From NCBI RefSeq assembly GCF_902713615.1, contig NC_052146.1, positions 306,482,335-306,546,334 on the forward strand: 64,000 nt of DNA, given 5' to 3'. The translations under genes and the position numbers were made by a program. The notes beneath the pieces are model-generated. The model worked only from the letters and a program-made list of their open reading frames with translations. It searched no databases and was not told the DNA's origin. Positions within the stretch are counted from its first letter, which is position 1. Every line of letters starts with the position of its first letter. Positions 1-12,100 of the stretch are shown piece after piece. This DNA comes from Scyliorhinus canicula (taxonomy: Eukaryota).

Positions 1-594
1 TCGTTGTCGTGTTTGCTGTGCTCAAGGACCACACTCTGTGGATAATATGAGTCCTGCACACAGTTACTCATGTCAGTGTTCTTAGTGGCATCTGCTGTTC
101 CCTTGAGCGGCCGTCGCTGAGTTCACGGCGCTCCCCGTCTGGAGTCATGTCCGGCTTACGTGAATCAGCTTTGGCTTGTCGATTCTCCCCGTCTGGAGTA
201 ATTTCATTCAGGAATGCATTTGCTTGTGGAGAGGCTCGAGCAGATTAGGTTTGCATTACCGTGATGTCACCGGAGTCACCAGTAGTCTCACTGTGATTGT
301 CTTCTTTAAACTGTTTTAGGAGCCGCTCCCTCTCCTCCTGTGGCGATCCCATACTCTTATCCTCTGCGGTGAGTTTCCAGCTCATGCAGCTTTTCATACA
401 GCACCACAGCCTCTTGCTTCACCTGGGAATGTGCTATCCCAGCCCCCAGGCTTTCCTTCTTCGTGTTTAATATATCCAGCTCTTGCTGTTGAGCAGCCAA
501 CTCCTGCAACAAACGTCCATTAATTGCTTTCATTTTTATATATCTGGCTTGTTTGCCTTCTACCATGTTTTTGATGATGGTATCTGCCGCTTGC

Positions 595-740
595 TTTTCT
601 CGTTCACTTGAGCGTGGCAGACTGTCGTAGTCTTTCTGTTGTTCACTTGACCGTGGCAGACTGTCATAGTCTTTCTGTTGTTCACTTGAATGTGGCAGAC
701 TGTCATAGTCTTTCTGTTGTTCACTTGAGCGTGGCAGACT
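595..740. repeat. 39-bp tandem repeat (~3.5 copies), in frame in ORF 357..1277 ([13 protein letters not shown])
   Basis: TTCACTTGAGCGTGGCAGACTGTCATAGTCTTTCTGTTG repeated. Confidence 0.9.
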
Positions 741-934
741 TGCATCTTCCGCTGCTGGTTGCTCAGAGGAGGTCGCTAGACCCTCATGGTCTTGTTCATG
801 CAAAGACTGCTCTCTGGAGTCCTGCGTAGCTTCTATCGTGGAGGCTGTCCACGAGCTCGCTGTGGAGGCTTGTGTCACTGGAGTCACTTTCTGTGTGGAG
901 ATGTGCAGTTGTCTCGCTGTGGAGTCTTTCATCG

Positions 935-1350
935 CTTTCTGTGTGGAGGCTGGGACCCTTCGTGGTGCTTGGACCACTTTCTGTGTGGAGTCGGGAACCC
1001 TTCGTGGTGCGTGGACCCCACTCTCTGTGTGGAGGCTGGGACCCTTCGTGGTGCATGGACCCCAATCTCCGTGTGGAGTCGGGAACCCTTCGCGGTGCGT
1101 GGACCACTCTCTGTGTGGAGTCGGGGACCCGTCGCGGTGCGTGGACCCCAATCTCCGTGTGGAGTCGGGAACCCTTCGCGGTGCGTGGACCACTCTCTGT
1201 GTGGAGTCGGGGACCCGTCGCGGTGCGTGGACCACTCTCTGTGTGGAGTCAGGGACCCTTTGCGGTGCGTGGACCACTCTCTGTGTGGCAGCAGGCCGCT
1301 CTCTGTGTGGCAGCAGGCCGCTCTCTGTGTGGCAGCAGGCCGCTCTCTGT
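935..1350. repeat. 42/43-bp tandem repeat (~8 copies) followed by a 22-bp repeat (~3 copies)
   Basis: GTGTGGAGTCGGGAACCCTTCGCGGTGCGTGGACCACTCTCT units; GCTCTCTGTGTGGCAGCAGGCC units. Confidence 0.9.
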
Positions 1351-2435
1351 GGGCTTGTGCCGCTCTCTGTCTCGTGGCGTCAGGCAGCAGCATAATCCTG
1401 CCCTCACGAGTCGGGATGTCAGATAGGCTGGGCTGAGGATTCCCCAATCCGAAGAACTCGTCGTCGGGGTCTTCAATGTACAACACGTCTAGTTGCGGTT
1501 CGGATTTGGTACTGGGGTCGCCACGTCCAATAATGAAATCTTCGTCTGAGTCGTAGTCTTCTCGGACCATATCATTACTTTTTGTGTTGGAGCTGGCATT
1601 GGGCTCGTGATGTCCAAAGAAGAAATCAAGGTCTGAGTCATAGTCTTCAAGGACATCTTCTAGGGCAGTGCTAGCTGCTTGTTGCAGGATTCTGCGGATG
1701 TTACTTTCAGCTACTGGTCGAAGATCAGGCATTGTGTTGTCGTTCCAGGTGAAAGAATCTTGTTTTGTGGCTTTAAATTTTTTTTTATTGTTTTGGGACA
1801 TTTCCCCTTTAAGTGAGCATGGTCCAGGGCCTCTGATGTAACAAAGCTCGTGACATATAGCATAGGAAGCACTTGCGCATGCGCAGATCGCTGTTCCTTT
1901 ACTTGCTGCCTTTTTCGCAATTGCGCATGCGCAAACGGACCTTCCCGTTCTGTGTGTTCTTTGCACAACTGCGCATGTGCAGCTCCTTTTCCAAGATGGC
2001 TGCAAATCAAAACTGCCGTTTTCTGCAATGGAAAGCCTGCCTTCTCCTCGTGGTCAGTACTGGCCCCTCTTTTGCCATTTTTCCTTGTATTTTCCCCGCA
2101 GAATTCTTTGAATTTGTCCAGGACTGCCTGGAAGTCGCTCCTGTTTTGCCCCTTTGAGTATTTGAAGATTTCGAAGATTTCTGCTGCTTTTTCACCCGCG
2201 GTGGTAAGTAGACGTTTTATTTTCTCTGCATCCTCCACACCATCAAAGTCGGACGCTGCCAGGTAGATCTCAAATCTCTGCCTGAACGCACGCCAGTTTT
2301 CACTGAGATTGCCTTGCTACCTGAGCTGCTGTGGAACCAGAATCTCGAACATCATCTTGCCTGGCTGCTGTTGCTGGTTGTCACTGTTTGCTGAGTTGTA
2401 ACTATGTGGATTTAAACAGTCATTCACTGGTACCA

Positions 2436-2912
2436 TGTTTTGTTATGCTCTTGATGTAGCATAAGCTGCTTCCTTGGTGTGCACTCTGACAAAGGAAGGT
2501 TCAGACTTGGAGATAGCTTTAACACATTTATTGAACAGTTAACAATTCTCCTACTTGGATTCAACTCTCCCGTTAATCCTTCTATAGCTACTCAGACAAT
2601 CTAACCAGTCTGCTACAATCCACATGGTGGGTGTGATGTGTTTCAATCAATCCTGTCTGTACTCACTAAGTGTCTCCACTGGAAAGAGGAAGATCATGTG
2701 TGCTGGGTCCTTTTCTCTGGGTTGGAGTAATGGCCCTCTGTGGTAGTGTCACGTCTGGGTGTGTCTTGAATGGCCATTGGTCGTGTCCTATCTTACTGGC
2801 ATATTGGTTGAATGTCTATGTGTCATGTCTCTGGTGCTCCCTCTAGTGTCTGTCTAGTCTATGTGTATTTACATGAACCCCTTGTGTATTTACAGTGATG
2901 CATATCACCACA
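2436..2912 (-). mobile_element. 5' LTR of a Gypsy-like LTR retrotransposon
   Basis: On the minus strand it starts TGTGGTGATATG and ends CATAACAAAACA (imperfect inverted termini), contains AATAAA (~2527), and is followed directly by a PBS-like TGGTACCAG. Confidence 0.75.
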
Positions 2913-3054
2913 CGAACCACAGCCAGACTGCTCCCATTTTCTCCCCTCCGCACTTCAACCCGTAGACCTGAGGGTTCATTCACCGTCCGCCCAGGGACAC
3001 ACGCACATGTCCAGTAACTCGAGTGTCCTGAAATGTTCGGGGGTTCAGTCCTAC

Positions 3055-3174
3055 CTTGGTAGCGGACGGCCCCCTCACTGAGGATACACCTGTCCCAGCA
3101 GCTCTTTGCTTGTATGAATTGAACACTCTTTTCTTCTTAGTCACGACTTTGCTACAGATGGGTTCATGTCGTTC
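3055..3174 (-). CDS. ZC2HC1B: ZC2HC1B exon 3 ([40 protein letters not shown])
   Basis: attttcag acceptor, gtagga donor, 120 nt; completes the C2HC finger. Confidence 0.9.
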
Positions 3175-6100
3175 CTGAAAATAATAGCAAGCCTTGAGTT
3201 CGGGGGGCGGGGTGGGTCAGAATCAGCTTCCAATAACCTGAAGCGAACTTTGAGCAAGATTTTCCGTCTCAGACTTTATTCCCTATCTCCTTCCCTGCCC
3301 CCATCCCCAGTTAGGATGCTGACTCTGGTGGGACATGTTCCTGGCAGCAGCAACACGTGACCTTTCACCCACACCCTCCACTTGGCAAACACAGTCCCGC
3401 AAAGTCCTGTTTTCTTCCACAGCCAATTGCAAAGCAAAAGGCTCCCTGCTACCCGATTGGGTGATTCTTGACTGTCAGCCAATCAGCCAATTTCCCCGCT
3501 TGCAATCACAATTTTAAAAATGAAAGGAGGTGAAATTAACATTCTTAGAAACAATCCCGTGGCTTTTCTTCAGGAGTTGCTCCCATGGGAATTCTGTGGA
3601 TTCGCCTTTGATTCCGGGAGACTCCAGGGTAATCCCAAGCTCCCATGTTAGTATCTCATGACGTTGACCGAGCAGACCGCCCGCCATTGGCACCATCATG
3701 CAACACCGGGAGCACCACCAAAACAGGATATCCACTCATTGTCATGTTGCTGTGGGATCTTGCTCTGCGCAAATTGGCTGCCGCATTTTCTACATGACAG
3801 CAGTAATGGTCATACCTCAATAATAATAATCTTTATTAGTGTCACAAGTAGGCTTACATCAACACTGCAATAAAGTTACTGTGAAAAGCCCCTACTCGCC
3901 ACATTCCGGCGCCTGTTCGGGTACACAGAGCGAGAATTCAGAATGTCCAATTCACCCAACAAGCACGTCTTTCTGGACTTGTGGGAGGAAACCGGAGCAC
4001 CCGGAGGAAACCCACGCTCACACGGGGAGAACGTGCAGACTCCCCTTGTTTAATAATGCTCCTGTGAGGCACCTTTGGACATTTTATGAGTTAAAGGCAT
4101 CCTATCAATATTGTAAGGTCACCTTCATCGCTTGCTGTGCCTGAGGTCATCAATTATTTATTAAATGGGTTTGTTTTGCTGGTGTTAAAGCCTCAACCAG
4201 CAACTGGCCACAGGCTGCCATCTTTATACCCAAGTCCTATAATAGCGGAGATTTTGTCCACAGACCTTTGTGCTAGCATTGAACAAGGACAGGGAAGATG
4301 TCTGTGATGTTTGCTGTCCCCTACAGTAACCCATCACAGTGAATATTCAAGCTCACAACTGCCTTAGCCGGCCATTTTGAGTCAGCATTAAGAAAGGAAC
4401 TGTTCAGTTTAAGGTGGCTGAGAGGACATTTGATGAGGACTCGAATACTGAGGTAGTATGGGCTGAGTTAAGAAACAGGAAAGGAGAGGTCACCCTGTTA
4501 GGGGGTTTCTATAGGCCTCCGAAAAGTTCCAGAGATGTAGAGGAAAGGATTGCAAAGATGATTCTGGATAGGAGCGAAAGTAACAGGGTAGTTGTTATGG
4601 GGGACTTTAACTTTCCAAATATTAACTGGAAACACTATAGTTCGAGTACTTTAGATGGGTCCGTTTTTGTCTAACGTGTGCAGGAGGGTTTCCTGACACA
4701 GTATGTAGATAGGCCAACGAGAGGCGATGCCGTATTGGATTTGGTACTGGGTAATGAACCAGGACAGGTGTTAGATTTGGAGGTAGGTGAGCACTTTGGT
4801 GATAGTGACCACAATTCGATTACGTTTACTTTAGTGATGGAAAGGGATAGGTATATACCGCAAGGCAAGAGTCATATCTGGGGGAAAGGCAATTATGATG
4901 CGATGAGGCAAGACTTAGGATGCATCGGCTGGAGAGGAAAACTGCAGGGGATGGGCACAATGGAAATGAAACACTTGTCAAGAGGAAGAAAGAGGCTTAT
5001 GTAAAATTGAGAAGTGATGGTTCAGTTAGGGCGCTTGAGAGTTACACATTAGCTAGGAAGGACCTAAAGAGAGAGCTAAGAAGAGCCAGGAGATAGGATG
5101 TATAATCATCTGGAAAGGAATAATTTGATTAGAGATAGTCAACATGGTTTTGTGAAGGGTAGGTCGTGCCTCACAAACCTTATTGAATTCTTCGAGAAGG
5201 TGACCAAATAAGTGGATGAGTGTAAAGCAGTTGATGTGGTGTCTATGGATTTCAGTAAAGTGTTTGATAAGGTTCCCCACAGTAGGCTATTGCAGAAAAT
5301 ACAGAGGCATGGGATTCAGGGTGATTTCGCAGTTTAGATCAGAAATTGGCTAGCTGATAGAAGACAAAGGGTGGTGGTTGATGGGAAATGTTCAGACTGG
5401 TGTCCAGTTACTAGTGGTGCACCACAAGAATCTGTTTTGGGGCCGCTGCTGTTTGTCATTTTGATAAATGACCTGGAGGAGGGCGTAGAAGGATGGGTGA
5501 GTAAATTTGCAGATGACACTAAAGTTGGCGGAGTTGTGGACAGTGCAGAAGGATGTTACAAGTTACAGAGGGACATAGATAAGCTGCAGAGCTGGGCTGA
5601 AAGGTGGCAAATGGAGCTTAATGCAGAAAAGTGTGAGGTGATTCATTTTGGAAGGAATAACAGGAAGACAGAGTACTGGGCTAATGGTAAGAGTCTTGGT
5701 AGTGTGGACGAGCAGAGAGATCTCGGTGTCCATGTACATAGATCCCTGAAAGTTGCCACCCAGGTTGAGACGGTTATTAAGAAGGCGTACGGCGTGTTAG
5801 CTTTTATTGGTAGAGGAATTGAGTTTCGGAGCTATGAGGTCATGTTGCAGCTGTACAAAACTCTGGTGTGGCCACATTTGGAGTATTCCGTGCAGTTCTG
5901 GTCGCCACATTATAGGAAGGATGAGGAAGCATTGGAAAGGGTACAGAGGAGATTTACAAGGATGTTGCCTGGTATGGAGGGAAGATCTGATGAGGAAAGG
6001 CTGAAGGACTTGAGGCTGTTTTCGTTAGAGAGAAGAAGGTTAAGAGGGGACTTAATTGAGGCATACAAGATGATCAGAGGATTAGATAGGGTGGACTTGA

Positions 6101-9100
6101 GAGCCTTTTTCCTCGGATGGTGATGTCCAGCACGAGGGGACATAGCTTTAAATTGAGGGGAGATAGATATAGGACAGATGGCAGAGGTAGGTTCTTTACT
6201 CAGAGAGTGGAATACCCTGCCTGCAACTGTAGTGGACTCGCCAACACTAAGGGCATTTAAATGGTCATTGGATAGACTAATGTACGATAAGGGAATAGTG
6301 TAGACGGGCTTTAGAGGGGTTTCACAGGTTGGCGCAACATCGAGGGCCGAAGGGCCTGTACTGTGCTGTAATGTTCTATGTTTGAAGCCCTCCAGGTCAG
6401 TTTTCCCGTTCGGCCTGTCCAAGGAAGGTATTACCGGTGTGGAAGCTTAATTTCACCAACTCAGGACGTCCCAAAGTACGTTGCAGCTGGTGAGGTAGCT
6501 TTGGGGTGGCACGGTCGCACAGTGGCCAGCACTGCTGCCTCACAACACCAGGGACCCCGGTTCGATTCCAGCCTTGAATGACTATCTGTGCGGAGTCTGC
6601 ACGTTCTCCCGGTGTCTGCATGGGTTTCCTCCGGGTGCTCCGGTTTCCCCTCACAGTTCAATGATGTGTGGGTTGACGTTGGCAGGGAGGGTGCAGGTGG
6701 TAAAGATGAATGTGCTGCCAAGGTCCTGTCGGTTTTTCAATCCCTCCTGATTTTATCTCCCTGATGCCTTTTTCCGACAGGTGGAGGCGCTGGTCTGGGA
6801 ATTTGTGTGGGCGGCGAAGGGACCGTGGCCAAGTGGGATCCTGCTACACAGACAGAGAAGGATTGGCGCTCCCGTAACTGATGCCCTACTATTGGGCAGC
6901 GAATGTGGAGAAGGTGTTGGTGAGGGTCAGCGGAGGGGATCAGGTTGGAGGAGGAATCCTGTAGGGGCTCGCGTTAAGGGCCCTGGTAATGGCTCTGTTA
7001 CCATTAGCCAAGGGGAAGTATACGGGGAGTCCGGGGGTGGAGTCGACTATTAAGATTTGGAATCAGCAGAGGAGGCATTTTAAATTAGACCAGATAGAAC
7101 ATAGAGCATACAGTGCAGAAGGAGGCCATTCGGCCCATCGAGTCTGCACCGACCCACTTAAGCCCTCACTTTCACCATAACCCCGTAACCCAATAACCCC
7201 TCCTAACCATTTTGGACACTAAAGGCAATTTATCATGGTCAATCCATCTAATCTACCCGTATTTGGACTGTGAGACGAAACCGGAGCACCCGGAGGAAAC
7301 CCCGCAGACACGGGGAGAACGTGCAGACTCCGCACAGACAGTGACCCAAGTGGGAATCGAACCTGGGACCCTGGAGCTGTGAAACCACAATGCTCTCCAC
7401 TTGTGCTACCGTGCTGCCCAGATATCGCTGTTGACACCACTGTATGGGAACCACAGGTTTAATCCGGGAGGGATGGATGGGTTTTATAGGTGCTGGAGGG
7501 AGGAGGGGCTGGAGCTTGTCAGAGATATCTTCACGGACGGGAAATCACTGGGTCAGGGATATAACGGAGGGGAATTCACTGGATCAGGGATATCTTCACA
7601 GAGGGGAAATCACTGGGTCAGGGATATCACGGAGGGGAATTCACTGGGTCAGGGATATCACGGAGGGGAAATCACTGGGTCAGGGATATCTTCACAGAGG
7701 GGAATTCACTGGGTCAGAGATGTCACGGAGGGGAAATCACTGGGTCAGGGATATCTTCACAGAGGGGAATTTGCTGGGTCAGGGATATCACGGAGGGGAA
7801 TTCGCTGGGTCAGGGATATCACGGAGGGGAATTCGCTGGGTCAGGGATATCTTCACAGAGGGGAATTCGCTGGGTCAGGGATATCACGGAGGGGAATTCA
7901 CTGGGTCAGGGATATCACGGAGGGGAATTCGCTGGGTCAGGGATATCACGGAGGGGAATTCACTGGGTCAGGGATATCACGGAGGGGAATTCACTGGGTC
8001 AGGAATATCACGGAGGGGAATTCGCTGGGTCAGGGATATCTTCCCGGAGGGGAATTCGCTGGGTCAGAGATATCGTCCCGGAGGAGAATTCGCTGGGTCA
8101 GGGATATCACGAAGGGAAATTCGCTGGGTCAGGGATATCACGGAGGGGAATTTACTGGGTCAGAGATATCACGGAGGGGAATTCACTGGGTCAGGGATAT
8201 TACGGAGGGAAATTCACTGGGTCAGGGATATCATGGAGGGAAATTCACTGGGTCAGGGATATCATGGAGGGGAATTCACTGGGTCAGGGATATCTTCACG
8301 GAGGGGAATCCGCTGGGTCAGGGATATCACGGATGGGAATTCGCTGGGTCAGGGATATCACGGAGGGGAATTCACTGGGTCAGGGATATCTTCACGGAGG
8401 GAAATTCACTGGGTCAGGGATATCTTCACGGAGGGGAATTCGCTGGGTCAGGGATATCTTCACGGAGGGGAATTCGCTGGGTCAGGGATATCACGAAGGG
8501 AAATTCGCTGGGTCAGGGATATCACGGAGGGGAATTCACTGGGTCAGAGATATCACGGAGGGGAATTCACTGGGTCAGGGATATTACGGGGGGGAATTCA
8601 CTGGGTCAGGGTTATCACGGAGGGGAATTCACTGGGTCAGGGATATCACGGAGGGGAATTCACTGGGTCAGGAATATCTTCACGGAGGGGAAATCACTGG
8701 GTCAGGGATATCACGGAGGGGAATTCACTGGGTCAGGGATATCACGGAGGGGAAATCACTGGGTCAGGGATATCTTCACAGAGGGGAATTCACTGGGTCA
8801 GAGATATCACGGAGGGGAATTCGCTGGGTCAGGGATATCACGGAGGGGAATTCACTGGGTCAGGGATATCACGGAGGGGAATTCACTGGGTCAGGAATAT
8901 CACGGAGGGGAATTCGCTGGGTCAGGGATATCTTCCCGGAGGGGAATTCGCTGGGTCAGAGATATCGTCCCGGAGGAGAATTCGCTGGGTCAGGGATATC
9001 ACGAAGGGAAATTCGCTGGGTCAGGGATATCACGGAGGGGAATTTACTGGGTCAGAGATATCACGGAGGGGAATTCACTGGGTCAGGGATATTACGGAGG

Positions 9101-12100
9101 GGAATTCACTGGGTCAGGGATATCATGGAGGGAAATTCACTGGGTCAGGGATATCATGGAGGGGAATTCACTGGGTCAGGGATATCTTCACGGAGGGGAA
9201 TCCGCTGGGTCAGGGATATCACGGATGGGAATTCACTGGGTCAGGGATATCACGGAGGGGAATTCACTGGGTCAGGGATATCTTCACGGAGGGAAATTCG
9301 CTGGGTCAGGGATATCTTCACGGAGGGGAATTCGCTGGGTCAGGGATATCTTCACGGAGGGGAATTCGCTGGGTCAGGGATATCACGAAGGGAAATTCGC
9401 TGGGTCAGGGATATCACGGAGGGGAATTCACTGGGTCAGAGATATCACGGAGGGGAATTCACTGGGTCAGGGATATTACGGAGGGGAATTCACTGGGTCA
9501 GGGTTATCACGGAGGGGAATTCACTGGGTCAGGGATATCACGGAGGGGAATTCACTGGGTCAGGAATATCTTCACGGAGGGGAATTCGCTGGGTCAGGGA
9601 TATCACGGAGGGGAATTCACTGGGTCAGGGATATCACGGAGGGGAATTCACTGGGTCAGGGATATTACGGAGGGGAATTCACTGGGTCAGGAATATCACG
9701 GAGGGGAATTCACTGGGTCAGGGATATCACGGAGGGAAATTCACTGGGTCAGGGATATCTTCCCGGAGGGGAATTCGCTGGGTCAGGGATATCGTCCCGG
9801 AGGAGAATTCACTGGGTCAGGGATATCACGGAGGGGAATTCGCTGGGCCAGGATATCACAGAGGGGAATTCACTGGGTCAGGGATATCACGGAGGGGAAT
9901 TCACTGGGTCAGGGATACCGTCCCGGAGGAGAATTCACTGGGTCAGGGATATCACGGAGGGGATTTCACTGGGTCAGGGATATCACGGAGGGGAATTCGT
10001 TGGGCCAGGATATCACAGAGGGGAATTCACTGGGTCAGGGATATCACGGAGGGTAATTCACTGGGTCAGGGATATCATGGAGGGGAATTCACTGGGTCAG
10101 GGATATCTTCACAGAGGGGAATTCACTGGGTCAGGGATATCACCGAGGGGAATTCGCTGGGTCAGAGATATCTTCACAGAGGGGAATTCACTGGGTCAGG
10201 GATATCACAGAGGGGAATTCGCTGGGTCAGGGATATCACCGAGGGGAATTCGCTGGGTCAGAGATATCTTCACAGAGGGGAATTCACTGGGTCAGGGATA
10301 TCACGGAGGGGAATTCGCTGGGTCAGGGATATCACGGAGGTGAATTCGCTGGGTCAGGGATATCACGGATGGGAATTCGCTGGGTCAGGGATATCACGGA
10401 GGGGAATTCACTGGGTCAGGGATATCACGGAGAGGAATTCGCTGGGTCAGAGATATCGTCCCGGAGGAGAACTCGCTGGGTCAGGGATATCTTCCCGGAG
10501 GGAAATTCACTGGGTCAGGGATATCACGGAGAGGAATTCGCTGGGTCAGAGATATCGTCCCGGAGGAGAACTCGCTGGGTCAGGGATATCTTCCCGGAGG
10601 GAAATTCACTGGGTCAGGGATATCACGGAGGGGAATTCGCTGGGTCAGGGATATCTTCACGGAGGGGAATTCGCTGGGTCAGGGATATCACGGAGGGGAA
10701 TTCGCTGGGTCAGGGATATCTTCACGGAGGGGAATTCGCTGGGTCAGGGATATCACGGAGGGGAATTCACTGGGTCAGGGATATCACGGAGGGGAATTCG
10801 CTGGGTCAGGGATATCTTCCCGGAGGGGAATTCACTGGGTCAGGGATATCACGGAGGGGAATTCACTGGGTCAGGGATGTCACGGAGGGGAATTCGCTGG
10901 GTCAGGGATATCTTCCCGGAGGGGAATTCACTGGGTCAGGGATGTCACGGAGGGGAATTCGCTGGGTCAGGGATATCACGGAGGGTAATTCGCTGGGTCA
11001 GGGATATCTTCACGGAGGGGAATTCACTGGGTCAGGGATATTACGGAGGGGAATTCACTGGGTCAGGGATATTACGGAGGGGAATTCACTGGGTCAGGGA
11101 TATCACGGATGGGAATTCGCTGGGTCAGGGATATCACGGAGGGGAATTCACTGGGTCAGGGTTATCTTCCCGGAGGGAAATTCACTGGGTCAGGGATATC
11201 TTCCCGGAGGGGAATTCACTGGGTCAGGGTTATCACGGTGGGGAATTCGCCTGGTCAGGGATATCACGGAGGGGAATTCGCTGGGTCAGGGATATCACGG
11301 ATGGAAATTCGCTGGGTCAGGAATGTCACGGAGGGAAATTCACTGGGTCAGGGATACCACGGAGGGGAATTCGCTGGGTCAGGGATATCACGGAGGGGAA
11401 TTCGCTGGGTCAGGGATATCACGGAGGGGAATTCGCTGTGTCAGGATATCACGGAGTGTAATTCGCTGGATCAGGGATATCTTCCCGGAGGGGAATTCGC
11501 TGGGTCAGGGATATCTTCACGGAGGTGAATTCGCTGGGTCAGGGATATCCCGGAGGGGAATTCGCTGGGTCAGGGATATCTTCACGGAGGGGAATTCGCT
11601 GGGTCAGGGATATCCCGGAGGGGATTTCACTGGGTCAGGGATATCACGGAGGGGAATTCGCTGGGTCAGAGATATCTTCACAGAGGGGAATTCACTGGGT
11701 CAGGGATATCTTCACGGAGGGGAATTCGCTGGGTCAGGGATATCACGGAGGGGAATTCGCTGGGTCAGGGATATCACGGAGGGGAATTCACTGGGTCAGG
11801 GATATCACGGAGGGGAATTCGCTGGGTCAGGGATATCTTCCCGGAGGGGAATTCACTGGGTCAGGGATATCACGGAGGGGAATTCACTGGGTCAGGGATA
11901 TCATGGAGGGGAATTCACTGGGTCAGGGATATTACGGAGGGGAATTCACTGGGTCAGGGATATCACGGAGGGGAATTCGCTGGGTCAGGGATGTCACGGA
12001 GGGGAATTCGCTGGGTCAGGGATATCACGGAGGGGAATTCACTGGGTCAGGGATATCACGGAGGGGAATTCACTGGGTCAGGGATATTACGGAGGGGAAT

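Larger units (their letters stand above)
1..2435 (-). mobile_element. Internal region of the Gypsy-like element: disrupted gag N-terminus followed by low-complexity repeat-rich ORFs; truncated by the window edge
   Basis: From ATG 2355: MMFEILVPQQLR*QGNLSENWRAFRQRFEIYLAASDFDGVEDAEKIKRLLTTAGEKAAEIFEIF...VLDKFKEFC, a typical Gypsy gag N-terminus with one in-frame TAG; no pol motifs within the window. Confidence 0.7.

Noticed and set aside
5371-6123. Reverse-transcriptase ORFs as a novel RT-based system (also 27090-27935 and 44575-45192)
   Set aside because: Ordinary truncated CR1 LINE fragments with stops and frameshifts
6505-6580. tRNA genes suggested by A/B-box sequences (also in the other SINE heads)
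   Set aside because: They are tRNA-derived SINE heads continuing into the conserved SINE body; no complete cloverleaf
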